Shown: positions 49,416 through 62,836, numbered from the stretch's first letter. The stretch: DNA of 64,000 nucleotides from Macrostomum lignano (GCA_002269645.1 NIVC01000067.1:806001-870000), one strand, 5' to 3'. The notes: generated from the sequence alone by a model not told the origin. Numbers and translations: made by a program.

Positions 49416-50567
49416 CCACATCATTTATTTGCAAAATTCTTTTGATTCTGCCATTGACAATCACGCAGTTCAAAGTCCCAGCCCCTTTCACTCACCTGCA
49501 TCGGTCAAATAGCTTGTGCGTCTCGGATAGCGCGATTCAAAATACGAATAATAACAAGACAGTTTTCGAGCCAGACCCGGATACTAACAGATGCCCTAGC
49601 AATGCTTTTATATTAGCCAATGAGGAGGACAGCAGAGAAGGGGATTTGTGGGTAGAGAGTAGAGCAACACCTGACTGCCAACTTGATAATTGAGGCTAGT
49701 CAGGGGGATTAGGCTCTGCGATAAGGTTAGAAAAAGGAAAAATAGACTGAGAGGGCAGAGCAACCTGAATGCTAAAGCTGCCGGGTATAAAAGAGAGCGC
49801 AGGGGAAATGGGAAAAATACTGCCGGTTGGGGTGGGAGATACTCTCTTGAAAAAAACTTTCTTCCCTTCAAGGCTGAAGTTTTTCTGCTCCTACTGTCCC
49901 GAATTGCAGGAACTCTAATATAATGTTGATTATATATATTGAGCCTGTACATATTCTGCGAAGTATTTATATATGGAGTGAGCATATACACTGTGTAGGC
50001 TGTAGGGCCTCGGGGTGATGGAAGAAAGAGAATGGACGCAGGTTGGGGTTGATTGCGGGCCCGGAATTTTGGAAGGAGACGCCTGGTTGGTCGGCATGAG
50101 AGCGGAGGGGCTGAGAAGGATGGAGCTACGCATGCAGGCTTAGCAGTAGCGGTTTAGAATTGCGTAGATTAACCTGCATGCAAGATCCAAATAAAGAAGT
50201 TCACGACAGTAAAGATGGGATTGGGTAGATGAGGGTTTTACAAACTTAAAAGATCTTTGGCGATCCGCGTCTTTCACCTCACTGCTCATTCACTCTATTC
50301 TCTTAATGCACTTAGAAGCCAACTACCCAAGAGAAATAGTAGTAGGAAAATAGAATGCCTATGAGTATATGCATATCAGGCTGAAGAGGCCTTAATGTGG
50401 ATTAATGCGATTTTGGCGAAAGCTTCAAAAACATAAAAAAATCCAAGCTATAATTTGGTCTATAATTAAAGCGTTATTAAGAATTAATTTCAGAGAACAA
50501 GATCGATTAGAGATCTGTGAAATCTTTATTCTTGATTGGATTGAATTTGCGAGATCTCGCTTAGGAA

Positions 50568-50995
50568 TCTGATCAGTGAGATCTGGGGATCTGATCAGTG
50601 AGATCTGGGGATCTGATCTATGAGATCTGGGGATCTGATTTATGAGATCTGGGGATCTGATCTATGAGATCTGGGGATCTGATCTGTGGTATCTGGGGAT
50701 CTGATCTATGAGATCTGGGGATCTGATCTGTGAGATCTGGGATCTGATCTATGAGATCTGGGGATCTGATTTATGAGATCTGGGGATCTGATCTATGAGA
50801 TCTGGGGATCTGATCTATGAGATCTGGGGATCTGATCTGTGAGATCTGGAGATCTGATCTGTGAGATCTGGAGATCTGATCAGTGAGATTTGGGGATCTG
50901 ATCTTCGAGATCTGGGATTCTGATCAGTGAGATCTGGGGATCTGATCAGTGAGATCTGGGGATCTGATCAGTGAGATCTGGGGATCTGATCTATG
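50568..50995. repeat. 22-bp minisatellite (gagatctggggatctgatctat)
   Basis: Seen directly. Confidence 0.95.
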
Positions 50996-51784
50996 ACAAT
51001 TTGTGAGAAAAATGCTTGGTTGATATCAAAGAGCCTCAGAAATCAATGAATCCCAGTGAGAAATCATGGGTTTGATTTATCAACTTTGAGAAAATCAATC
51101 AAAACAAAATTCAGAAAGACATCTTGGCCAACTGACCGTTAAAGCTTGTTGCTTCCAAAGCTCTCAGAACATAAAAGTACAGAAACACTAATCTCAGTGC
51201 TGGCAGATGGCAGAAAGAAATTCGCGCGTTTGAACTCGACTTACAGACAGAAGCCAACCCCCGAGCCGAGGCGTTACATGCAAAGCATTACACGATTAGG
51301 GTTGGAAAGTGTGCTGGCCCGGCGGCCGATGGGATTAAGTTATAGGAAAGCTCCTATTTGAGTTCTGGTCGAACTGGCATCAAATGACCAAATAACGCTA
51401 CCCGAGTTCCACCCTCCGGCAAAGCAAAACGGATTACATAGAAAGTACATTTCTTTCGTGTTTGCGTATGCCGTAATGTAAACCAAGTCTCATAAGCTAC
51501 TGATTCCCGATTTACTGCTATAGCCAGTACAGCCCATAACGGAGAACTATCGAGCCGTTATTGATTTTGTTTCCAAACCTGCAAGCTTTACCCGGTTCTT
51601 TTGACTCCTGAGTTGAAAGAGGGAAAATTTTGCAAAGATGAGTAGAAATGAAGCTCATACACGAAAATAAGACATAAGCAGAAATTTATAAAATCTGCCT
51701 CTAAAGTCTAAGATTTTTTAATGAATCACTAGTTTCCCGGCCCTAGAATTTAGTGGTCCCTGCACTTGCTCTTTCTTCGGGTTG

Positions 51785-52535
51785 TCTCTGCCATTACCCC
51801 CCCCCCCTTCTCAGGACTGTCTGCCATTACCCCCCTTCTCAGGACTGTCTGCCATTACCCCCCCCCACTTCTCAGGACTGTCTCTGCTATTACCCCCCCC
51901 CATTCTCAGGACTGTCTGCCATTATCCCCCTCTTCTCTGGACTGTCTGCCATTATCCTCCCCCCATTCTCAGGACTGTCTCTGCCATTACCCCCCCATTC
52001 TCAGGACTGTCTCTGCCATTACCCCCCCCATTCTCAGGACTGTCTCTGCCATTATCCTGCCCCATTCTCAGGACTGTCTCTGCCATTACCCCCCCCATTC
52101 TCAGGACTGTCTCTGCCATTACCCCCCCCCATTCTCAGGACTGTCTGCCATTACCCCCCATTCTTAGGACTGTCTCTGCCATTACCCCCCCCCATTCTCA
52201 GGGCTGTCTTTGCCATTACCCCCCCCCCATTCTTAGGACTGTCTGCCATTAACCCCCCCCCTTCTCAGGGCTGTCTCTGCCATTACCCCCCCATTCTTAG
52301 GACTGTCTCTGCCATTACCCCCCCCATTCTCAGGGCTGTCTCTGCCATTACCCCCCCCATTCTTAGGACTGTCTGCCATTAACCCCCCCCCTTCTCAGGG
52401 CTGTCTCTGCCATTACCCCCCATTCTTAGGACTGTCTGCCATTAACCCCCCCCATTCTCAGGAATGTCTGCCATTACCCCCCATTCTCAGGACTGTCTGC
52501 CATTAACCCCCCATTCTCAGGACTGTCTCTGCCAT
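51785..52535. repeat. ~30-34-bp minisatellite (ttctcaggactgtctctgccattaccccccc) with a variable C-run
   Basis: Seen directly. Confidence 0.95.
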
Positions 52536-52626
52536 AATCATTTGATTTTTTGGGTTGTCTGCAATTAATCTAACGACATGTAATCCAGAGAGTCTGCAAA
52601 CTCTGTCCTGCCTTGAATTAGGTTAG

Positions 52627-53782
52627 CAAGACGTCAAGACGTCAAGACGTTAAAGCCCCAAAACATCGGGTTCAAGTAATTAAATATACGTAGAAAAGTT
52701 ATGCGTAAACAGGTTCCCCTGAGCCTACTTATTAGTGCTGCTGTAAGTAGCATGTGGCAAATGTTTTGCCAAACTACCAAAACAGCAATAAGTGCATTCG
52801 TTCAGTCATTATTGTTGTTGCATTGCGATTGTAATAAGAATTCAAAAGATTTATCATTTGTGCTCTGAATCTGAAAGGCTCTGAGGCATGCACTAGCTTT
52901 CCTTTCGACAGGGCAAATTAACTCAAACCCAGCTAGAAATTGATATTGCAGATTGATTATGTGACGGTTGAGGCCTTTTAAAAGCTTAATAATGACATGA
53001 GAATGATAACGAGGCCATCCCTCTCCATCAGTTTATATTGCTCTGCTTCGTTTCAATTCTCAATTCTCATGGATTAAACGGAAGGCCTCTTTGACGAAGC
53101 TTCGAGATCCAGGCCAGTTTTCAATTCTAGTAAAAAGCCCTGAAAGCAGATGATGCTAAAAAACAAAATACATAGCTAGTTCGAGGAAAGCAAAATTTGA
53201 AAGCATTAACTTCATAATCTGATCCTTTAGCAACAAAATCTTATCCTAATTTATATAGGGATAATTTCTGATCAGGGATTTCAATAGAAACAGCACAAGC
53301 AATATCTATAGCTGTAAGTAGGTCTAATAAGACCTGTAGGCTGTAATCCGAAACTCGAGCAAGAGAGTGCAGTGCACTTATGCAGACATGCACCAAGTGA
53401 TCGCAGGCTCCAGCCAAAGCAAAGCGTCATGAAGCGCACTGAAAATGCTCGATAGATAGCATTTTTTTAGATTGTTTCCATTTCAGTTTGCAACAGAGGC
53501 AGACAGGAGAGGCCGGAGGGGCTTTGTTTATTTTATTGTTGCCAGTTTAGTGGCGGCATCCATGAGATCCAGGGGCCAAGTGGAATTCTTTGTTATTAAA
53601 AAACATTTTTGTTCTTATAAATCAAGGAGATCTAGAAGCAGAATCTGGACTCCAGAGTTACTTAACCAGCTTTCATAAATTCTGATTTTCCCAGTTTTCT
53701 GGGAAAACACAACAGAGGCAAGTTTTTAGCTTACGTAACGTGTCGTTAAATCACGTTTACGTCTTAACGTCTTAACGTCTTG
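52627..53782. mobile_element. Possible old DNA transposon remnant bounded by inverted (AAGACGTY)3 ends
   Basis: caagacgtcaagacgtcaagacgt at 52627 is inverted as acgtcttaacgtcttaacgtcttg ending at 53782. No TSD; no intact ORF. Confidence 0.4.
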
Positions 53783-54523
53783 AAACAATGTTGCAAAACT
53801 ACACTCGAACGTCTCGAAGTAAGGAACATTAGTTTGAGTAAAAACTTGAAAAAATATATTTTTCAAATAATTTCTTGAAATCCTGAAATTGGGATTCCAA
53901 TCCAATCCAACCCTGAGAATGAGGGTTTAGGGTCATTAGGGAAGAGTTAAAGTACTCCAGGTTCTAGTTCAAGGTCTTCGTGGTTTACTACCCATTCATA
54001 TAGATAGATATAGCGTTAGTATCAATACAAGCAAATGCATGGGCTAAGACTAAAGACTATTTAAACGAGATAAATCGCTGGCCCCAGACCCAGACAAGGT
54101 CCAAGTTTAAGTGCGCCTGCACCAATTGGTAATAAAAAAATTGGTCTGTGCGTGCGTGCGACCCCACCCACCCACTAATGTACAGTGACAAAGCTGGTAC
54201 GAGATTCCCCTAAGTCTCAACTTCAACTTTGCTTGATATAGCAATAAGATGGTTATTTTGCAGCTTCGAACCACTAGAGGCAGCAAGGCTGAGCTAAAAT
54301 AACTGAACATTGTTTATGGCTCGTCGGCTCGTAAATAAATGTTAAGGGTAGCTGGAGAACAGGACAAAGGGTATTGGGAACTGGGAAGGAGGTCAAATCG
54401 AAGCTTAAAAAGTTGGCTTTAATTTCAACCCTGCAACTGCCTTGCATTGGTCTGCATTCACCATGTGAGCTCAATAGTATAGCTCAGTAGATAAATGCAA
54501 GATTTGCATCAAGTGTGACTCAC

Positions 54524-55192
54524 CACCACCAGCGCTTGCTGCTCATCCTCGTCTTCGCCTTCCTCTTCAGCGATAGACTGGCTTCGCTGTCGTCTAGAAG
54601 CCGACCGAGCTTGCTGCAGCCGCTGTCTCTGGTGGCCCATAAAATTGCGCAAATCTTCGCGCAGTGTAGCCAGCCTGTTACCGGGGCCCACTGTTGTCGA
54701 GGAAGGTGATGAAGGCGGCGACGGCACTGGCACCTCCTCGCTTTTAGTTCGCCGCCTGCGTCGGCGTATAAGCAGGCCGGATGTGGCTGCCTGCAGAGGC
54801 TCCAGCAGTCGACGCGGCTGGGCAGGTGGCGGAGACGAGGCGGCCGCTGAGATGCCACTATCAGCGGAGGGATGTGAGCAGTGAGCGGAGCTGGGGCCAG
54901 TCTGAGTCTGCGACAGCGGCGTCAAAGGCAGATCAGAAAACACGCTGTCGTCACATTCGCCGCATTGATTGTTGCTGTTGCAGCTGTGAGGCGATTCCGG
55001 CTGATGCTGGCCGCCCCTGTCTAGCGATGATGAAGCTGTCTCTTGATCTTCGAACGGTGGCGATTGTAGCGGTGCCATTGGTGGCAATTTGGCCAGTTCA
55101 CTGTCAATCTCTTCTTGTCTTTCAAGTCCGAGGCCCACTCTGTACTGGGACTGGTAGTTATCGTCTTGATCTGCCGAATGATGACGCTGCAT
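54524..55192 (-). CDS. PRKAG: Probable first large coding exon of the long AMPK gamma isoform (Ser/Pro/Gln-rich)
   Basis: GC-rich 223-codon frame from ATG 55192 to GTG|GTGAGT, phase 0, joining the 47665 acceptor. The full model sums to 2406 nt (801 aa plus stop). The link to the CBS exons is by phase and orientation only. Confidence 0.7.
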
Positions 55193-55820
55193 TTTTCTAA
55201 TTTGTTTTAGCGCATACTTTAGTGATAGACAGAACCTTGGAATTTTGGAAAGTGGGAAATAGATAATAGACTGCTATAAATAGGACTCGGGGAACTGCTG
55301 GTTGACGAAGGAAAGGGGGCCTGGGAAGGAATTCCGTGCACTAAGGTCGTAAATAGTTAAATTGAACGAAACAAATTGGGCCTTAAATGTACATATTGGT
55401 TCTTAGATGGACCTCTTAGCATTTGTACATTAGCCAATTTGGGGTGGTTAAGGTTTGGGGGGACTGGGACAGACAGACGGGGGGTTGAGTTTTAACTGTG
55501 GAGTTTAATTTTGAAAGAGAGAAGGTGGGTTTGGAATCAGCCAATGGCAGGCGGTCCTTTTCGCTTTAAGCCCCAACCCCCAATCCTGATAAGGAAAATG
55601 ACAAACGAGACGAGGACTTATTACATTACATGTACAGTTAAGTAAGCTTTAAAATCTTAAGTACGACTAGAATATAATTATATAATAAACAACATTGAAT
55701 GCCATTTTAACTGAACCAATAACTGATCTGATATAATACTTTTTTCTTTTATCAAATACAGCAAAAAAGACTCGATTAGAGAAGACTTTGTTTAGTCCCT
55801 CTCTCACAGTCTCGGCTAAC

Positions 55821-55993
55821 CTGGGGGACAAAGGTGGTTTATTCGTTCTTTTCGTGTTTCTACTGCCACTAGCATTGTCGCTTTTCTCTGGTGGGTTTGT
55901 GCATGCTTCAACTGCAAGGTTCGCTGGGTTTTTTCCTTCTTGACCTCCAGCAGTCCATATTATCCATGTATGCAGTTTTAGCCATGTACATTC
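55821..55993 (-). CDS. Candidate upstream AMPK gamma exon (ECTWLKL..KPPLSP), no in-frame ATG
   Basis: Strong acceptor ttttttatttcttttcctgttatag, 57 open codons and AG|GTTAGC in phase 2, matching the acceptor 4 nt before ATG 55192. Confidence 0.4.
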
Positions 55994-56644
55994 CTATAAC
56001 AGGAAAAGAAATAAAAAAATCAGGACGTTAGTTATTGCTTTACTCTTTTACAGTACACAGTGAACTTTTCGGTGGTCGTGTTTTCCATCTTGCATGTATC
56101 AATTATCAACTAAGCCAACTGGCTCTGGTCGTTTGGCTTGGTTTGCGAAATGTCCCATTGCAAAACAATGAATTATTCATAATGTTATGTGTTTATTATG
56201 TTATGTGCCGCAGCTGCGCATCACTTTATTGCTAACAAGTTTAATCCTTAATTGCTTTTTCCTACAGTCCCTGAAAGCCTGATAAAATCAACCTTCACGT
56301 GTCACTCACTGAAAGTACAAATAAACATGAGCAACTAGTTACGAAATAAAGCATAGAAATATTTGAAAAAGCAAGTTAACTTTTTCTTGTCAAAAAAGAT
56401 ACATAAATTTTTGCTGTATTTAAAAGAACTAAAACTTATAACAGGGTATTTGCGATTGTATAAGCTCTAATTTATTTAGTTCTCGGAATCAGGGCTTCCA
56501 CAATGGAGGAAAAGCATAGTTAGTTTCGATTTGAAATGCGTTTTGCTACATGCATTTTAACACCCTGTAAAACCGCGTTATACGTTAGCACTCTTAATAT
56601 AGCTTGTAAACACCTATACTTCTGCATCCTAAAACATCAATTTA

Positions 56645-59600
56645 AAAACCCTAAAACACCGATTTAAGAACCCTAAAACATTTTTGAAAACCCTAAAACA
56701 CCAATTTAAGAACCCTAAAACACCAATTTAAGAACCCTAAAACACCAATTTAAGAACCCTAAAACACCAATTTAAGAACCCTAAAACACCGATTTAAGAA
56801 CCCTAAAACATTTTTGAAAACCCTAAAACACCAATTTAAGAACCCTAAAACACCTATTTAAGAACCCTAAAACACCAATTTAAGAACCCTAAAACACCTA
56901 TTTAAGAACCCTAAAACACCTATTTAAGAACCCTAAAACACCAATTTAAGAACCCTAACACACCAATTTAAGAACCCTAACACACCAATTTAAGAACCCT
57001 AAAACACCTATTTAAGAACCCTAAAACACCAATTTAAGAACCCTAACACACCAATTTAAGAACCCTAACACACCAATTTAAGAACCCTAAAACACCAATT
57101 TAAGAACCCTAACACACCAATTTAAGAACCCTAACACACCAATTTAAGAACCCTAAAACACCAATTTAAGAACCCTAACACACCAATTTAAGAACCCTAA
57201 CACACCAATTTAAGAACCCTAACACACCAATTTAAGAACCCTAACACACCAATTTAAGAACCCTAACACACCAATTTAAGAACCCAACACACCAATTTAA
57301 GAACCCTAACACACCAATTTAAGAACCCTAACACACCAATTTAAGAACCCTAACACACCAATTTAAGAACCCTAACACACCAATTTAAGAACCCTAACAC
57401 ACCAATTTAAGAACCCTAACACACCAATTTAAGAACCCTAACACACCAATTTAAGAACCCTAACACACCAATTTAAGAACCCTAAAACACCTATTTAAGA
57501 ACCCTAAAACACCAATTTAAGAACCCTAACACACCAATTTAAGAACCCTAACACACCAATTTAAGAACCCTAAAACACCAATTTAAGAACCCCAAAACAC
57601 CTATTTAAGAACCCTAAAACACCAATTTAAGAACCCTAAAACACCTATTTAAGAACCCTAACACACCAATTTAAGAACCCTAACACACCAATTTAAGAAC
57701 CCTAAAACACCTATTTAAGAACCCTAAAACACCTATTTAAGAACCCTAAAACACCTATTTAAGAACCCTAACACACCAATTTAAGAACCCTAACACACCA
57801 ATTTAAGAACCCTAAAACACCTATTTAAGAACCCTAAAACACCTATTTAAGAACCCTAAAACACCTATTTAAGAACCCTAACACACCAATTTAAGAACCC
57901 TAACACACCAATTTAAGAACCCTAAAACACCAATTTAAGAACCCTAACACACCAATTTAAGAACCCTAAAACACCTATTTAAGAACCCTAAAACACCTAT
58001 TTAAGAACCCTAAAACACCTATTTAAGAACCCTAAAACACCTATTTAAGAACCCTAACACACCAATTTAAGAACCCTAACACACCAATTTAAGAACCCTA
58101 AAACACCTATTTAAGAACCCTAACACACCAATTTAAGAACCCTAAAACACCAATTTAAGAACCCTAACACACCAATTTAAGAACCCTAACACACCAATTT
58201 AAGAACCCTAAAACACCAATTTAGAACCCAAAACACCTATTTAAGAACCCTAAAACACCAATTCAAGAACCCTAAAACACCAATTTAAGAACCCTAAAAC
58301 ACCTATTTAAGAACCCTAAAACACCAATTTAAGAACCCTAAAACACCAATTTAAGAACCCCAAAACACCTATTTAAGAACCCTAAAACACCAATTCAAGA
58401 ACCCTAAAACACCAATTTAAGAACCCTAACACACCAATTTAAGAACCCTAAAACACCTATTTAAGAACCCTAAAACACCAATTTAAGAACCCTAAAACAC
58501 CAATTCAAGAACCCTAACACACCTATTTAAGAACCCTAAAACACCTATTTAAGAACCCTAACACACCAATTTAAGAACCCTAACACACCAATTTAAGAAC
58601 CCTAAAACACCTATTTAAGAACCCTAAAACACCTATTTAAGAACCCTAAAACACCTATTTAAGAACCCTAACACACCAATTTAAGAACCCTAACACACCA
58701 ATTTAAGAACCCTAAAACACCAATTTAAGAACCCTAACACACCAATTTAAGAACCCTAAAACACCTATTTAAGAACCCTAAAACACCTATTTAAGAACCC
58801 TAAAACACCTATTTAAGAACCCTAAAACACCTATTTAAGAACCCTAACACACCAATTTAAGAACCCTAACACACCAATTTAAGAACCCTAAAACACCTAT
58901 TTAAGAACCCTAACACACCAATTTAAGAACCCTAAAACACCAATTTAAGAACCCTAACACACCAATTTAAGAACCCTAACACACCAATTTAAGAACCCTA
59001 AAACACCAATTTAAGAACCCCAAAACACCTATTTAAGAACCCTAAAACACCAATTTAAGAACCCTAAAACACCAATTTAAGAACCCTAAAACACCTATTT
59101 AAGAACCCTAAAACACCAATTTAAGAACCCTAAAACACCAATTTAAGAACCCCAAAACACCTATTTAAGAACCCTAAAACACCAATTCAAGAACCCTAAA
59201 ACACCAATTTAAGAACCCTAACACACCAATTTAAGAACCCTAAAACACCTATTTAAGAACCCTAAAACACCTATTTAAGAACCCTAAAACACCAATTCAA
59301 GAACCCTAACACACCTATTTAAGAACCCTAAAACACCTATTTAAGAACCCTAAAACACCAATTTAAGAACCCTAACACACCAATTTAAGAACCCTAAAAC
59401 ACCAATTTAGGAACCCCAAAACACCTATTTAAGAACCCTAAAACACCAATTCAAGAACCCTAAAACACCAATTTAAGAACCCTAAAACACCTATTTAAGA
59501 ACCCTAAAACACCAATTTAAGAACCCTAAAACACCAATTTAAGAACCCCAAAACACCTATTTAAGAACCCTAAAACACCAATTCAAGAACCCTAAAACAC

Positions 59601-59910
59601 CAATTTAAGAACCCTAACACACCAATTTAAGAACCCTAAAACACCAATTTAAGAACCCTAAAACACCAATTTAAGAACCCTAAAACACCAATTCAAGAAC
59701 CCTAACACACCTATTTAAGAACCCTAAAACACCTATTTAAGAACCCTAAAACACCAATTTAAGAAACCTAACACACCAATTTAAGAACCCTAAAACACCA
59801 ATTTAAGAACCCCAAAACACCTATTTAAGAACCCTAAAACACCAATTCAAGAACCCTAAAACACCAATTTAAGAACACTAAAACATTTTTGAAAACCCTA
59901 AAACACCTAT
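56645..59910. repeat. 22-bp satellite (ccctaaaacaccaatttaagaa), about 3.25 kb, with higher-order duplication
   Basis: Seen directly; each unit holds CCCTAA; both ends carry ctaaaacatttttgaaaaccc. Confidence 0.98.
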
Positions 59911-60069
59911 TCGACACCTCGAACACCAGATGCTCTGAAGACCCATTTTGGCACCCCTGACATCATTGACCAACTCAGCAATCCAAGCATAAAATGAATC
60001 CAAAGTACTCGTACATGTATATAGAAAAGACAATGGGCAATGGCCATGGATGCGAAACATTGCCTTCAG

Positions 60070-60133
60070 TCAGTGCCGGGTCTCCCAGCTCGCGCCAGCC
60101 GCTTCATCTGTTGGTTCTATGTCAAGCAGAGAA
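60070..60133 (-). CDS. LRRC74: Probable last exon of the LRRC74-like gene
   Basis: cattttttcag-type acceptor; phase fits the 60411 donor; SLLDIEPTDEAAGASWETRH*. Confidence 0.55.
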
Positions 60134-60410
60134 CTGAAAAATGAATAATAATCAATACTTTAATGCAGTAATTATCTGTTGAAGACTGTCGAACTGGAAT
60201 AAAGTGGCACGCCAAAACTACGAAGCAGTTATTGGAGGAAGGCCCAATTTGGTCTGAGAATGTTTAGAATAATCGATGAGGAGCGTATTGAAGGAATGAC
60301 TGTGAGTCCCATCTCAAATTAGGGCAGGGAATACGAGTGCACGAGAGTAATAATTGAATGTTACTGACCTGACCGTCAATATAAATTTGAGTCCCAAACT
60401 GACTTTTTAC

Positions 60411-60841
60411 CTGATTGACGAGCTGTCCAAGCCAGTAGCGGCACTAGCAACGTCTTCTGTATCGTCGCCAGCTCGCGTCCGACCAATAAGGCAGCCAGCA
60501 GCGGCCTCCCGGGACAACAGACGCACCGGCAGTAGCAGCAGTCGCGCCCGATCGCCGCTGAGGCCACCAGCTGAACGCAGCAGTCGGAGCATTCGAAAGC
60601 TCTGCGACCGGGCGATCACCTGCAGCACCTGGGTTGCGTCGGCTTGAAGCCGCTGTTGCAGCTGCAGGCTTGAACAGCCGCCAGTCGCCGCTGCCGCCGC
60701 TTTGCCGACGGGGACTCGCGAATTCGTCTGGCCAGCCGGGAGGGCACCCGGGCTCAGGCTGAGGGATTCGAACTTCAGACGTAGATCGGGCCGTACAGAA
60801 GGTAGAGCGGCTGCCACAGTTCGGTAGGTGATGCTCACATT
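60411..60841 (-). CDS. LRRC74: LRRC74-like exon after the LRR block
   Basis: ctccgcag|AATGTG (NVSITYRTV..RPDLRLKF), GC-rich open frame, AG|GTAAAA. Confidence 0.75.
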
Positions 60842-61690
60842 CTGCGGAGCAGTTAGGCTTAAGACTCAGCCTATATAGCAATACTGCAGATCGATCGATC
60901 GATTGATTGATTGAATTGAATTTTTAAGCACCTATAGACTCCCGAAGAAGCGAATCCATGAGCCTCATCTGAGGTTGATGCCAAATGTTACTCGTAATCG
61001 CTTTTGATTTCGAAAAAGTTCTACGAGGTACTACTGAGGGACAGTTCGTCCTATCCCTCCAGCTCTAATGTACTTTTGCACTGATTTTTTTCGGCCAATT
61101 GTTCTTAGTCCCAAAATTGTGTCTGCGACAAAACCTTAATTGATTCAACGCATATTGCATAAAAATCGATATATAAATTTTACTAAATTTTCTTGTTAGC
61201 GATCTTTGCTACAATATTGTTTCAAAGATATATCAAAAATATAAAAAAATCATTCCAATTTCATACGTATGTGTTAGAAATGCAGTTAAAACAAGTGCCA
61301 TATACTCGTATATCAGGGGCGTAAGACTGTCGAGCAGGGGCCAATTGAAAAAAGTAAGCTCTTTTGGGACTTCCGGTATATCAGAGCTGAGGCTTGATAT
61401 TAATATCTGATCATCTGAAAGCGTTGATTTCATTAGACATTCGTACCCGCGATGGGAACTAGCTCGCATTTTAATTTGTGCTCCGTACTTTGCAGGACAT
61501 CAATCTTCAGGAAGTTGCTTAAATTTTAACGCTTACATGCTTACTTAACTACTAATAGACGGCAAGTAGGCATGTAAGATTTGTCGCTTGAAATTGTCGC
61601 AAATAACCACGAGTAAACTAACTGATAAATCTGATAGCATTGTTATAAAACGCAGAAGTTTAACGGGTAATGTCTGGTTAAAATCCAGAC

Positions 61691-61786
61691 CTTCATGTCC
61701 AGCAGCTTCAGCGCTGAACTGTCGTTGTTCATTAGCATCGCTAAGATCTCCTCGGCCCCCTGAGACGTGAACGAGTTCTGGTCCAA
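61691..61786 (-). CDS. LRRC74: LRRC74-like LRR exon (not in ORF track)
   Basis: tctttcag|LDQNSFTSQGAEEILAMLMNNDSSALKLLDMK|gt; phase 0 to 0. Confidence 0.8.
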
Positions 61787-61865
61787 CTGAAAGAAGTAAG
61801 TGTTTTATGCCAGTGTTTAAGAAATGCTTAGCGACGAACGAATCGTCAAATCGGCTAAAACCCAC

Positions 61866-62060
61866 GAATAGTTCCTGGAGGCAGCAATTGACTGACAGCA
61901 TATCGCCCAGCGCCTTGGCGCCCTCCAAGAAGATTCTATTCGACGACAGGTTCAGCGACTTCAACGAGCGATTGGCGCGAAGTCCGCTGGCCAACGCCGC
62001 GGTGCCGTCGTCAGCGAATCCGTTGCAACTGAGGTCGAGCCACTGGAGACTGGCGTTTGT
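61866..62060 (-). CDS. LRRC74: LRRC74-like RI-type LRR exon
   Basis: TNASLQWLDLSCNGFADDGTAALASGLRANRSLKSLNLSSNRIFLEGAKALGDMLSVNCCLQELF. Confidence 0.88.
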
Positions 62061-62194
62061 CTGAATTGTCATGGAGATACGGTTGGAGACTTCTCTATAG
62101 ATAGAAATAGTGTTACAGCCCTGGTTCTACAACCCTGGATTGTAAAATCGGCACCCATGGGCAGTGGAACCGGAACCTCTAGTCTCTAGTGATG

Positions 62195-62560
62195 AACCAG
62201 AACCTCCGGTCCCTGGACTTTGGATCCTCTGGTTCCTGGACTTTGGATCCTCTGGTCCCTGGACATTGGATCCTCTGGTCCCTGGACATTGGATCCTCTG
62301 GTCCCTGGACTTTGGATCCTCTGGTCCCTGGACATTGGATCCTCTGGTCCCTGGACATTGGATCCTCTGGTCCCTGGACTTTGGATCCTCTGGTCCCTGG
62401 ACTTTGGATCCTCTGGTCCCTGGACTTTGTATCCTCTGGTCCCTGGACTTTGGATCCTCTGGTCCCTGGACTTTGTATCCTCTGGTCCCTGGACTTTGGA
62501 TCCTCTGGTCCCTGGACTTTGTATCCTCTGGTCCCTGGACTTTGGATCCTCTGATCCCTA
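62195..62560. repeat. 23-bp minisatellite (ggtccctggactttggatcctct) in an LRRC74-like intron
   Basis: Seen directly. Confidence 0.95.
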
Positions 62561-62647
62561 GACTGTGGAACCGGCACCAATGGGCTGTAGATCCGGCCCA
62601 TTATCCGGATACGAGACATATAAACAGAGGCTAATGTCAGATCGAAC

Positions 62648-62836
62648 CCCGAGCGCAGCGCCAATCTCAACAGCTCCGTGAAGTCGAATCTCGCAAGCTG
62701 ACAAGTTCAGTCTAACCAGCTGGCAGCTGATGGAGGCCGCGAGACTGTTGCTTCCAGCGAGAGCCGCTCCGATCAGCTGAGCGCCAGCGCTGCCCAGACG
62801 GTTGGCGCTATAGTCCAGGTCCTTGAGGGTGGACAG
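62648..62836 (-). CDS. LRRC74: LRRC74-like LRR exon
   Basis: gtcccgcag|LSTLKDLDYSANRLGSAGAQLIGAAL..LVRLNLSACEIRLHGAVEIGAALG|gttcga; 63 codons. Confidence 0.85.

Noticed and set aside
48680-50150. Possible decayed LINE fragments (EIRKYLG-like motif)
   Set aside because: Many stops and only a 4-residue motif; cannot be supported without a search.
54474-54500. tagctcagtag tRNA A-box-like motif
   Set aside because: No B-box or cloverleaf follows.
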